In this document: positions 22,466 through 35,580 of the stretch, one piece after another
Position numbering within the stretch: position 1 is the first letter of the stretch
Layout of the letters: each line of letters begins with the position of its first letter
From: Bdellovibrionales bacterium
GTDB lineage: Bacteria > Bdellovibrionota > Bdellovibrionia > Bdellovibrionales > UBA1609
Assembly (NCBI GenBank): GCA_027317865.1
Contig: DAHVQG010000008.1
Location: forward strand, 91,451-155,450
Reading direction: 5' to 3'
DNA length: 64,000 nucleotides
Notes under the pieces: model-generated
Told to the model about the DNA's origin: nothing
Seen by the model: the letters and a program-made list of their open reading frames with translations, nothing else
The model's database searches: none
Made by a program: the position numbers and the translations under genes

Positions 22466-23851
22466 TTGGATTTTCACGTAGTCTGGCGACAGATCAAAGA
22501 AGCCATCATTGCAAAGAATTCACACAATCAGCCTTTGATTATGTGGTTTAACCCCACAGAACTCGAAGACGTCGTGGCCCAGCAAGATGGCTATATTTTT
22601 AAATTGAAAGTTCCTACTGCCCTACATCAGTATTGGATTTCGCAAAATTTACTCGAAGTCATTTCAAGTGAAATTGCGACGTATTGTTCTTTTTCGTTTC
22701 ATGTCGAACTTATTGTTGTAAAACCGGAAGTTCCCGAACGCCCCATTTTGTCGCAATCATTAGCGCCGGCGCCAGTAACTGAAGAGCCCTCCCACCGCGG
22801 CGTTGCTTTTGCCCAAACGCGAGATTCCCTAAACCCTGAGTATACGTTTTCAACCTTCGTCGTCGGTAGAAACAATGAATTTGCCCATGCCGTTTCTTAC
22901 AGTATCGCAAAAAATCCAGGCACGGAAAATTACAATCCTCTTTTTATCTACGGTCCAACAGGGATGGGTAAAACGCATCTATTAAATGCCGTTGGTAATC
23001 ATCTAAAAGAGCATTTTCCAAATTTGTCTATTTGTTACTGTTCAGCAGAAAGGTTCTTAAACGAATGTATTTCTAGCATTCGCCGTAACGAAATGCACAA
23101 ATTTCGCCAAAAGTACCGGGACAAATGTAATGTCCTTTTGATGGATGACATTCAGATTCTTAATCGTGGAGAAGCCGTTCAAGAAGAGTTTTTTCATACT
23201 CTCAATGACTTTTTTGAGAAGGGTCAGCAAGTAATTGTAGCGAGTGACCACATGCCTAAAGATATCAAAGGCCTTGAGGATAGAATCCGCACTCGTCTTG
23301 AATGGGGTCTTATTGCCGATATTCAACCGCCCGATATTGAAACTCGGGTCGCTATTTTACGTTACAAGGCTGAAAGGCGCGCCATTCATCTGCCTCCTGA
23401 TGTTGCCAGTTATATCGCGCGAATTTCTAAAACCTCAATTCGACAACTTGAAGGTAATCTTAATAAAATTAAGATGTTTGCCGAACTCCAAGGTGTCTCC
23501 ATATCGCTTGAACTAGCAAAAAAAGTTCTAGCATCTCATGACGACACGAGGAGTCTAACTATAGATGACGTACAACGCCTCGTTGCCGACCATTTCAAGC
23601 TGCGCGTTGTAGACTTAAAAGCAAGGTCACGCACTAAACCTCTTGTGCTCGCGCGTCAGATGTCTATGTATCTCGTTAAAAAACATCTCGATAAGTCGTT
23701 GGTTGAAATCGGACGAGCTTTTGGCGGCAAAGATCACTCAACGGTCATTAACGCCATCAAAAGGGTCGAAGATCAACTTTCGGTTAATACCGATATTAAA
23801 AACGATTTCAACGAGATAGAGACCCTTATTCACAATTTAACAGGGGTGTGA
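22466..23851 (+). CDS. dnaA: Chromosomal replication initiator DnaA
   Basis: YNPLFIYGPTGMGKTHLL, QEEFFHTLN, GGKDHSTV; TTG start. Confidence 0.98.
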   Translation: MDFHVVWRQIKEAIIAKNSHNQPLIMWFNPTELEDVVAQQDGYIFKLKVPTALHQYWISQNLLEVISSEIATYCSFSFHVELIVVKPEVPERPILSQSLAPAPVTEEPSHRGVAFAQTRDSLNPEYTFSTFVVGRNNEFAHAVSYSIAKNPGTENYNPLFIYGPTGMGKTHLLNAVGNHLKEHFPNLSICYCSAERFLNECISSIRRNEMHKFRQKYRDKCNVLLMDDIQILNRGEAVQEEFFHTLNDFFEKGQQVIVASDHMPKDIKGLEDRIRTRLEWGLIADIQPPDIETRVAILRYKAERRAIHLPPDVASYIARISKTSIRQLEGNLNKIKMFAELQGVSISLELAKKVLASHDDTRSLTIDDVQRLVADHFKLRVVDLKARSRTKPLVLARQMSMYLVKKHLDKSLVEIGRAFGGKDHSTVINAIKRVEDQLSVNTDIKNDFNEIETLIHNLTGV

Positions 23852-24050
23852 ATATAAAATGTGGATAAATTTGTGAATTTGTTTGTGGATATTTTTGTGA
23901 ATTGCTCGCTTCCCCAAAATGTGAGTTGTTTGACGGTTGGTCTTTTATGCTTTATCCACATGAAACAGGTAATGATTTTCGATGCTTATAAGTTAAACGG
24001 AGTTATCAACAGACCTACTACTACTACTGTTATTTAAATATATCATTTGT
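23826..24050. other. Chromosomal replication origin oriC
   Basis: DnaA boxes at 23826 (TTATTCACA), 23860 (TGTGGATAA), 23884 (TGTGGATAT), 23952 (TTATCCACA) and 24003 (TTATCAACA), plus degenerate boxes. (CTA)4 trios at 24015-24026 are followed by an AT-rich tract. Predominant gene orientation switches near here. Confidence 0.92.
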
Positions 24051-24095
24051 TAGTAAATAGGGGTTAAGGACGATGTCACAAGTGAGGACTTGGTT

Positions 24096-25214
24096 ATGAA
24101 AGTAAAAGTAAAAAAATCAGGCATTCTTTCTTTGATAGGAAAAACTCAAAATATTGTTGAGCGGCGAAATACAATGCCTGTTTTAATCAATGTCTTACTT
24201 GAAGCGCAAAATGACCGCCTTAAAGTTTTTGCCACTAACCTTGAAGTAAGTTTAACCGATGAAATTGAAGTAAGTGTATTGACTCCAGGTAAAGTTGCCG
24301 TCAGTGCAAAAAGTCTTTTTGAAATTGTAAAGGAACTCAATGATACAGAGGACGTCATTTTAACTAAAAAAGAAAATAATTGGTTAAAGATTACTCAAGG
24401 GAAATCCGTATTCAATCTTGTTGGCATTGGTTCTGAGGAATATCCCGTATTTCCCACCCACACGCCTAAAGACTTCATAGAAATCGAAGCTAACGTTCTT
24501 GCTGATATGATCGGCAAGACAATTTACAGTGTTTCAAACGATGAAACTCGTTATCACTTAAATGGCGTGTATTTTGAAAAACGAAATACCCCGTCTGGAC
24601 CAGGGCTTTTAATGGTGGCGACAGACGGCCATCGTTTAAGCCTTGTGGATAAATCAGGAAAGTCTAACGATCTGTCCATGACCGAAGGGGTTATCATTCC
24701 GCGAAAAGGTTTAACAGAAATCTATAAACTTCTCGAAAATGTAAATGGCCTTTTTAAAATGGCGGTTGAAGGCCCACAGCTCGTTGTAGCTTATCAAAAT
24801 ACGATTTTAATGATTCGCCTGATAGAAGGTAAGTATCCAAACTATCGTCAACTTATTCCACAGAATTTAAACGAACATGTGCAGGTTAGGCGCGATGATC
24901 TATTAGCTTGTCTTCGGCGTGTTTCGTTACTTTCGAACCAAAAATCAAAGGGCGTGACGCTACATTTTTCAAAAGGCAAATTGGAAATTACATCAAATAA
25001 TCCGGAACTCGGGGACGCAAAAGAAGAAATCGACGTCGACTATAAAGGCGACGGATTGCGAATAGGTTTTAATGCTAAATACATTATGGATGTTCTTGCC
25101 AGCATCGACGAAGATGAAATATCGCTTGATCTAAAAGATCAGCTTTCGCCTGGGGTCATGCGGCCAAAAGAAAATAAAGACTACACTTGTGTTATAATGC
25201 CGATGCGAATTTAG
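24096..25214 (+). CDS. dnaN: DNA polymerase III beta sliding clamp
   Basis: VATDGHRL, IIPRKG, EGKYPNY, IGFNAKY, VIMPMRI. Confidence 0.98.
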   Translation: MKVKVKKSGILSLIGKTQNIVERRNTMPVLINVLLEAQNDRLKVFATNLEVSLTDEIEVSVLTPGKVAVSAKSLFEIVKELNDTEDVILTKKENNWLKITQGKSVFNLVGIGSEEYPVFPTHTPKDFIEIEANVLADMIGKTIYSVSNDETRYHLNGVYFEKRNTPSGPGLLMVATDGHRLSLVDKSGKSNDLSMTEGVIIPRKGLTEIYKLLENVNGLFKMAVEGPQLVVAYQNTILMIRLIEGKYPNYRQLIPQNLNEHVQVRRDDLLACLRRVSLLSNQKSKGVTLHFSKGKLEITSNNPELGDAKEEIDVDYKGDGLRIGFNAKYIMDVLASIDEDEISLDLKDQLSPGVMRPKENKDYTCVIMPMRI

Positions 25215-25232
25215 AGCGCGCTACATTCCAGT

Positions 25233-28806
<3,574 letters not shown>

Positions 28807-28814
28807 GTGATAAT

Positions 28815-31289
28815 ATGGATGTAACACAAACGCCAAATCACATAACTGAAGTTGATATTTCAAAAGAAATGCAGGAGGCCTACCTACAATACTCCATGAG
28901 TGTCATCGTGGGCCGTGCATTGCCGGATGTTCGCGACGGGTTAAAGCCCGTGCATCGGCGCGTGCTGTTTGCAATGCACGAACTAAGTAATACTCACGAT
29001 AAGCCATACAAAAAATCGGCCCGTGTTGTTGGGGATGTTATCGGTAAATACCATCCACATGGTGATATGGCGGTTTACGATACAATAGTTCGCATGGCGC
29101 AAGATTTTTCACTGCGCTATCCGCTCGTCGACGGACAAGGCAATTTTGGTTCGGTCGACGGAGATCCTCCGGCGGCCCAACGGTACACCGAAGTTCGAAT
29201 GACCAGGCTTGCCGAAGAAATTCTTGAAGACATTGATAAAGAGACTGTCGCGTGGGGGCCGAACTACGACGACTCACTTCAAATTCCGACAGTAATGCCG
29301 GCAAAATTTCCGAATATGCTCGTCAACGGCACATCAGGCATAGCTGTTGGCATGGCGACAAATATACCGCCGCACAATTTAGGCGAAGTCATAGACGGAT
29401 GCCTCGAGATCATTAAAAATCCGGATTGCCGAATTGAAGATTTGATACGTCTTATTCCTGGTCCCGACTTCCCCACAGCAGGTATAATTTCTGGCGTAAG
29501 CGGAATTATTCAAGCTTACCGTACTGGCCGCGGGGCGATCACACTTAAAGCAGTGGCCGAAATCACAAACAAAAAAGATCGTGAATATATCGTCGTGACC
29601 GAGATTCCGTATCAAGTCAATAAGGCCATGCTTATAGAAAGCATTGCAGAACTGGTTAAAGCAAAGAAAATCGAAGGCATATCTGACATTCGTGATGAGT
29701 CTTCCCGCGAAGGCATGCGAATAGTTATTACCGTCAAAAAAGGCGAAAATGCTCAGGTTCTTCTTAATCGCCTATATAAATTTACTCAAATGCAAGTGAG
29801 TTTCGGAATAATTCTACTCGCGTTAGATGCGCGCAACCAGCCGCGCGTTTGGAACATCAAAGACATGCTGGTGGCTTTTATTGACCATCGAAAAGATGTT
29901 GTCACGCGGCGGTTGATTTTTGATCTTAAGAAAACGGAAGCTCGGGCTCACATTCTTGAAGGGCTCAAAAAAGCGCTCGATCACATCGATGATATAATTC
30001 AAACAATAAAAACATCTCGAGAAGCCGAAGTCGCAAAAGCGAATCTAATGGTAAAATTTGCTTTTACAGAAACGCAGGCACAAGCAATTTTAGATATGCG
30101 GTTGCAACGAATCACGGGCCTAGAGCGTGACAAGATTAAGACAGACCTTGATGAGGCCTTAAAGCATATCGAATGGATTAAAGAAGTTTTGGCTGACGTG
30201 CGTGAAATTTATCGCATTATTTCGGAAGAGCTGACAGAAATAAAAAAGAAATATAGCAATCCGCGACTTACAAAAATTGAATCCGACAGCGCTGAGCTTG
30301 AAGATGAAGATCTAATCAAAAGTGAAGACGTTATTGTTTGCATAACAAACTCCGGCTACATCAAGCGGATTCCGGTTGATGAGTATCGCATTCAGCGCCG
30401 TGGCGGCAAGGGACTTAAAGGAGCTGAAACCAGAGAAGAAGATTACGTTGCGAAAATTTTAACGGCTAACACTCTCACAACGATTCTTGCAATCTCAGAT
30501 AAGGGCCGACTTTACTGGCTAAAAGTTCATCGCATCCCCGAAGGTTCGCGAACGTCAAAAGGCAAAGCTATTGCGAACGTTTTAAACCTGACAAACGGTG
30601 AACAGATCCGTGCTTTTTTACCGGTTGATAAATTTGATTCAAAAAAATATGTGGTGATGATCACTCAAAAGGGCACCATTAAAAAAACAAGTCTTGAGGC
30701 ATTTTCAAACCCGCGGCCATCGGGCATCATCGCGCTTACTACAGATCTGAACGATTACCTAATGGACGCAAAGCTTTGCGAAGAGGGCTCGCACATTTTT
30801 ATGAGCACAAGCGAAGGCATGTCGATTCGTTTTGATCAAAGCGATGTCCGACCAATGGGTAGAACGGCACGCGGCGTTCGTGGAATGACAATGGGCTCAG
30901 ATACGGACCAAGTTGTGGGAGCCGATGTTATCCCGCCGGATTGTACGGATGCGATTTTAGTTGTTACAAAAAATGGATTTGGTAAGCGCTCAAGCGTTGA
31001 AGAATACCGCCTTCAGGGCCGAGGTGGCGTTGGCACGATCACTCAGAAAATTACAGACAAAGTTGGAAATGTTGTATCCGTCAAACTCGTTAGCGAAACG
31101 GATCAGGTTATGATTACCACCGACAAAGGGCAATCCATCCGGATGAAAGTATCTGACATTTCGCTGTTGGGTCGGAATACCCAAGGAGTAAAGCTCATTA
31201 ATTTGAACGAGGGCGAATTTGTGACCGGGCTTGCGCTCATTGCCGAAGGTAAAGACGACGAGTCTGCAGAGGGGCCCGCTCTCCAATGA
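28815..31289 (+). CDS. gyrA: DNA gyrase subunit A
   Basis: YHPHGD, AAQRYTE (catalytic Tyr), GyrA-box QRRGGKG. Confidence 0.98.
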   Translation: MDVTQTPNHITEVDISKEMQEAYLQYSMSVIVGRALPDVRDGLKPVHRRVLFAMHELSNTHDKPYKKSARVVGDVIGKYHPHGDMAVYDTIVRMAQDFSLRYPLVDGQGNFGSVDGDPPAAQRYTEVRMTRLAEEILEDIDKETVAWGPNYDDSLQIPTVMPAKFPNMLVNGTSGIAVGMATNIPPHNLGEVIDGCLEIIKNPDCRIEDLIRLIPGPDFPTAGIISGVSGIIQAYRTGRGAITLKAVAEITNKKDREYIVVTEIPYQVNKAMLIESIAELVKAKKIEGISDIRDESSREGMRIVITVKKGENAQVLLNRLYKFTQMQVSFGIILLALDARNQPRVWNIKDMLVAFIDHRKDVVTRRLIFDLKKTEARAHILEGLKKALDHIDDIIQTIKTSREAEVAKANLMVKFAFTETQAQAILDMRLQRITGLERDKIKTDLDEALKHIEWIKEVLADVREIYRIISEELTEIKKKYSNPRLTKIESDSAELEDEDLIKSEDVIVCITNSGYIKRIPVDEYRIQRRGGKGLKGAETREEDYVAKILTANTLTTILAISDKGRLYWLKVHRIPEGSRTSKGKAIANVLNLTNGEQIRAFLPVDKFDSKKYVVMITQKGTIKKTSLEAFSNPRPSGIIALTTDLNDYLMDAKLCEEGSHIFMSTSEGMSIRFDQSDVRPMGRTARGVRGMTMGSDTDQVVGADVIPPDCTDAILVVTKNGFGKRSSVEEYRLQGRGGVGTITQKITDKVGNVVSVKLVSETDQVMITTDKGQSIRMKVSDISLLGRNTQGVKLINLNEGEFVTGLALIAEGKDDESAEGPALQ

Positions 31290-32101
31290 TCGCTGGTCGA
31301 GTTGCCAGAGCCGCCATAACAATATTTGTAATAATGGCCACTGGTTGCAGCTTCTCCTTTGCTAGCCAAGCCTACAGCGAAGGCGAAAAAGCGCTCAAAA
31401 ATCAAAACTATAAATTAGCCATTTCTGATTTTAGAAAAGTGATTGAACGCAATCCGAAGTCGAGTTTAGCGATAAAGTCGGCGCGTCAAGCCGCGCGAGT
31501 CGCCTTTTTTAACACTAAAAACTATCTGCAATCGATCGAATTTTACAATCACCTTGTGAAGTATTCGCGAAGCGAGACGGAGCGCGTGAAATCTCAACGG
31601 GCGATCGCCGACATCTACTTTGCCAATCTTAGTGATTATCCAAAGGCGATTGCCGAATATAATAAACTTCTTCTTGTTGAGACGAATCGAAAGGAAATAG
31701 TTAAAGAACGCTTTAACCTCGCGCGGTCCTATTTTTATATGGACAGATTTTACGACTCAAAAGATCAAATTAAAGATGCCCTAAAGCTGGCTAAATCACG
31801 ACGGCAACAATTCGAGCTTAAAATGTTTTTAGCCAGTATATATTTTAACATGAAGGATAATAACAAAGCCCTGTCGGTCTATTCATACCTTGAGCACAAC
31901 TTTCCTAAACGCGCTAAAGCCGAAAACATCGCGCTTAACGAAAGTATTTGCTATGAAAGTGAAAATCGGTTGAACAAGGCGATTGCGACACTTAAAACGA
32001 TTGAGTCGACTTACAAAGACCCAGAGTTCATAGCACTTAAAATTAAACGCCTTCGGGAGCTCGAATCGAACACCCCCGGAGATCACGGGCATTTTCAATG
32101 A
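31286..32101 (+). CDS. TPR-repeat lipoprotein
   Basis: Lipobox-like MATGC and repeated TPR-like helices. Confidence 0.75.
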   Translation: MIAGRVARAAITIFVIMATGCSFSFASQAYSEGEKALKNQNYKLAISDFRKVIERNPKSSLAIKSARQAARVAFFNTKNYLQSIEFYNHLVKYSRSETERVKSQRAIADIYFANLSDYPKAIAEYNKLLLVETNRKEIVKERFNLARSYFYMDRFYDSKDQIKDALKLAKSRRQQFELKMFLASIYFNMKDNNKALSVYSYLEHNFPKRAKAENIALNESICYESENRLNKAIATLKTIESTYKDPEFIALKIKRLRELESNTPGDHGHFQ

Positions 32102-32325
32102 TGAAGCGCGGGATTGTCTTTATGGGCTTGGGTTTCGAGTTATTAGGGCTCATTCTCGGCGCATTATTTTTGGGTCAAACTATTGACGATTTATACCACC
32201 TAAACGGTTACGGTGTTGCCATTTTAGTCATTGTAGTAATGCTCAGTTGGATGTATCACCTCTTCATTTTATTAAAACGAGTTATGAGAGAAGCCGAAAA
32301 TGAGCGCGACCGCAATCCAAAGTGA
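32098..32325 (+). CDS. AtpZ/AtpI-family small membrane protein
   Basis: Two TM segments with G..LG..ID pattern; upstream of atpB. Confidence 0.75.
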   Translation: MMKRGIVFMGLGFELLGLILGALFLGQTIDDLYHLNGYGVAILVIVVMLSWMYHLFILLKRVMREAENERDRNPK

Positions 32326-32701
32326 TCGAAGCGTGAACACAAAAGCAATTGTTTTGTTCCACACGATTGCCGTGGCGCTAATAGCGCTGCCATTTTTTTG
32401 GTGTGATGCCGCGCGGTACGGATGGAACTGTGTGTTCGCGGGCCTTCTTGTCGGTGTGAATTTGCTCCTTTTGATATGGGTGCTTAAAGGGTTTTTACAG
32501 AAAAAATCGGTTGCTTTGATGACTTCGACAATTGTATTTAAGTACGCCGTTTTGATAGGATTACTTTTTCTATTGGAACAATTTGGTTGGCGTGTGAACA
32601 TTGGGTTTCTTGTCGGACTGGCAGCGCTGTTTCCGACGCTTGGTTTTATTGTTTATAGATATTGGTTGAACTTGAAAGAACAGACGAATGAAATCGTTTA
32701 A
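32300..32701 (+). CDS. atpI: ATP synthase protein I-like membrane protein
   Basis: Four TM segments, immediately before atpB. Confidence 0.7.
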   Translation: MSATAIQSDRSVNTKAIVLFHTIAVALIALPFFWCDAARYGWNCVFAGLLVGVNLLLLIWVLKGFLQKKSVALMTSTIVFKYAVLIGLLFLLEQFGWRVNIGFLVGLAALFPTLGFIVYRYWLNLKEQTNEIV

Positions 32702-33377
32702 TTGGACAGAACTCATCCCTTGGGTCGGAAAGAACGAGCATGTCGCGACGCTTGTGCTCGCGGCTGTTTTGATGATTATTCTTGCGGCATTAGGGCGTGC
32801 AGCTCTTGGCGACGGCGAGACGGCTTTGATGCCAGCGCGGTCTATCGGAATAAGAGCCGCCTTCGAAGCGATCATCGATTTTATCGTTACAATGAGTGAC
32901 ATGGTCATCGGCGAAGAGGGCGCAAAATTTGTGCCTTTTTTTGCTACACTTTTTTTCTTCATCTTGATCTGTAACATGATGGGGCTTGTGCCGGGGTTTA
33001 CGCCGCCTACAGAAAATGTAAACACCACATTTGCTCTCGGGATATTTTCATTTCTCTACTACAATTATTATGGCATCCGCGAACATGGGTTTCGATACAT
33101 CAAACAGTTCATGGGACCGCTTTGGTTTCTCGCGCCATTTATGCTTATGATTGAACTCATATCGCACATTGTTCGTCCCGTAAGCCTGGCGCTTCGTCTT
33201 TTTGGCAACATGCTTGGGGATCACACGGCATTGGCAATTTTCTTGCACATCGTTCCCTATTACTTGGTGCCCGTTATTTTTTACTGTCTGGGTTTGTTTG
33301 TTTGTTTTATTCAGGCGTTTATTTTTATGATTCTAAGTATGGTTTACGTTTCGATGGCAATTTCACATGATCATTAA
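32688..33377 (+). CDS. atpB: ATP synthase F0 subunit a
   Basis: RPVSLALRLFGNM (essential Arg), IQAFIF. Confidence 0.97.
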   Translation: MKSFNWTELIPWVGKNEHVATLVLAAVLMIILAALGRAALGDGETALMPARSIGIRAAFEAIIDFIVTMSDMVIGEEGAKFVPFFATLFFFILICNMMGLVPGFTPPTENVNTTFALGIFSFLYYNYYGIREHGFRYIKQFMGPLWFLAPFMLMIELISHIVRPVSLALRLFGNMLGDHTALAIFLHIVPYYLVPVIFYCLGLFVCFIQAFIFMILSMVYVSMAISHDH

Positions 33378-33433
33378 CCAGCGCAAGGCAGAGGTTTGGC
33401 TAATAGCTGCGCGCAGACGAAGGGAGTAACAAC

Positions 33434-33751
33434 ATGAAAAAATCACTTCTATTAGGTGGAGCAACATTGCTGACTGCAGTTCCAGCGTTCGCACAAGCAG
33501 CAGCAAGCAGCAGCGCCATTAGCAATAATGCATATTATGCGTTAGGTGCAGGTATCGCTATAGGTCTAGCGGCTTTTGGCGGCGGACTTGGCCAAGGTCG
33601 AATCGGGGGATCAGCGATGGACGGCATAGCGCGAAATCCGCAAGCTGCCGGGACCATGCTAGCGCCACTATTGATCGGCTTGGCTTTCGTCGAATCTCTA
33701 GTTATTTACGCGCTTGTTATTGCGTTTATGTTACAAGGCAAAATTCACTAA
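33434..33751 (+). CDS. atpE: ATP synthase F0 subunit c with N-terminal signal-like extension
   Basis: GxGxGxG helix, IARNP loop, AFVESLVIY. Confidence 0.97.
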   Translation: MKKSLLLGGATLLTAVPAFAQAAASSSAISNNAYYALGAGIAIGLAAFGGGLGQGRIGGSAMDGIARNPQAAGTMLAPLLIGLAFVESLVIYALVIAFMLQGKIH

Positions 33752-33760
33752 TTCACTTTT

Positions 33761-33825
33761 TAAAATGGCCCCTCTGAGGCTCTGACAGAGAGTATCAACA
33801 TATAATTTAGAGGGGTCATATTTTA
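33761..33825 (+). terminator. Long inverted repeat after atpE (terminator or mRNA-stabilising structure)
   Basis: ATGGCCCCTCT pairs with AGAGGGGTCAT, followed by ATTTT; internal CTCT/AGAG mini-hairpin. Confidence 0.5.
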
Positions 33826-33912
33826 AGATAAACCAAAGCAATTCACTTATTTTGAACGCTGTTCCTTCCGATAAATCTTTGTTGTGGCAATTAGATACTC
33901 AAGAGGAAGAGC

Positions 33913-35580
33913 GTGGCTGAGACCGTTGACATAGATCAGCTCAAAATTCGGCTTCTAATCATCTGCAAAGCTAAAGCAAAATTTGAAAGTGTAGCGAATT
34001 ATCTCGTTCGTCGCGGGTGGGAAACAACGATCTCAGCGAATATTAAAGACTCGTTTAAAACCATCGCCGTATTTAAACCCGATTTTGTTCTTGTTAGCGT
34101 GAATCTTCCGACCCCGAAAATAAACCTTTTGCCCTCAGTTATTGCTCAAACCTTCAAAGTTCAAACCATATTATTTTCAGAATCCACTGACGCAAAATCG
34201 CTAAGGCTCATGCAAACAGTGGAAGCTTCATATAAAATGACGGGTACAGTGAGCGGGCCAAGCGCACATCGGCGAATTAAACAAATTTTACAAGAGATTC
34301 ACCAGCCGGCTTCACAGACAAATCAGCAAAATGCAGGCAAAGCTAATAGCGAAGAAGACGGATCAATCGTCATTAAAGGGGTTTCGAATTTAAATAAAAA
34401 TGAAACGATAATTCAAAAAGGCGTGGCCGGCTTTAGCGACGACCGGGTCCACCCCACATCACAAGGGACAGCATCTGGCGTAAATAATGAAGCTGGAGGA
34501 CTTAATGACGTGGACGCCATAGCGGCACAGTTTCAAGAAGAACTAAAAGACGAGACTGGCGATAGCGTCAGCGAAGAAACTTTGCCAGAAAAAAGTGAAT
34601 CTGAGCTCGCAGAAATCGAAGTAAATGATGGCAACAATTCGTCCACAAAGATTGAGCCGCCGCAAGGCTCAACTAATATGAACTCGGGTATAAATCAAAA
34701 TTTAGATGACGGAGTTAACCCTAATTTAAAAGCGACAAGGGAATCCGAAAACACAACCAGTCAGCTAAACGGAGCAATAAATCAACTAAGCGACCAGGCC
34801 AGAACAGAAGACGCCACCAAAAGCGGAGATTTAGACACGGTTTCAAAAGAAACGTCTAAATCAAGTATTGAAAAAAAAGAATTGAAAAGCGGCAAGCAAG
34901 GCGAAATTCCTAAGGACTTAATCGAGATCGTTTCAACGGTTGCAAACAAATGTCTGCTTCCCGAGCGGGGGTGTAGCGCCAAAGTAGACACGTATTCTGA
35001 GTGCACAATTTTACCGATTTATGCGGCTAATCTAAAAATATATCTCGCCTTGATCGGCCTCGGTCCGATCGATGAAGAACTTCAATTTTCTACGTCGTTT
35101 TGGCCGGAGCTAATAGAGCGCCTATTTGCTGAGTATAAAAGCATTTCCGTTGGTGATGAGGCGCGAATCGATTTTGGGGCCGTATCAATTCATGACCGCA
35201 TAAGTGGCGAAGCCAACAACCTAATTCTTCGTAACGGCACGGGCGAAATACTCATAAAATTCATCGAAGAAAGCCCAATTGAGGCGCAAGTTATAAAGTC
35301 AAATAATCAAGAAAGCGCCCAAATAAGCATAAACGATTTGGTGACGAATGCGGCGGTTGGGGCTGATATTTTTCTTAGGTTTGAGCGAAATGACAAATAT
35401 TATTTATATTTAAAGCCAAGGAGCCGAATCTCTGAAAAACAAAAAACAAGACTCATTGCCTGCGGCTCTAAACTATACATAAAGACGATAGATGTTGAAA
35501 GTTATCGACGAGCCGTCAAAAGAAATAAAACCTTTGAGGCGGTTTTTGATTCTTCAAAGCGGAGTAAGTCGGCAGCGTAG
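33913..35580 (+). CDS. Hypothetical protein: receiver-like N-terminus, long acidic/disordered linker, folded C-terminal part
   Basis: 555-aa ORF with GAGG RBS and GTG start. N-terminal pattern (LLII...GWE...PDFVLVSVNLP) resembles a REC fold. Confidence 0.7.
   Translation: MAETVDIDQLKIRLLIICKAKAKFESVANYLVRRGWETTISANIKDSFKTIAVFKPDFVLVSVNLPTPKINLLPSVIAQTFKVQTILFSESTDAKSLRLMQTVEASYKMTGTVSGPSAHRRIKQILQEIHQPASQTNQQNAGKANSEEDGSIVIKGVSNLNKNETIIQKGVAGFSDDRVHPTSQGTASGVNNEAGGLNDVDAIAAQFQEELKDETGDSVSEETLPEKSESELAEIEVNDGNNSSTKIEPPQGSTNMNSGINQNLDDGVNPNLKATRESENTTSQLNGAINQLSDQARTEDATKSGDLDTVSKETSKSSIEKKELKSGKQGEIPKDLIEIVSTVANKCLLPERGCSAKVDTYSECTILPIYAANLKIYLALIGLGPIDEELQFSTSFWPELIERLFAEYKSISVGDEARIDFGAVSIHDRISGEANNLILRNGTGEILIKFIEESPIEAQVIKSNNQESAQISINDLVTNAAVGADIFLRFERNDKYYLYLKPRSRISEKQKTRLIACGSKLYIKTIDVESYRRAVKRNKTFEAVFDSSKRSKSAA

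Noticed and set aside
23847..23904. 12-bp periodic repeats as a CRISPR or iteron array
   Set aside because: The units are DnaA-box variants; there are no spacers and no cas or rep genes.
24015..24029. (CTA)n as a microsatellite or phase-variation tract
   Set aside because: Its position next to a DnaA box and an AT-rich tract fits DnaA-trios.
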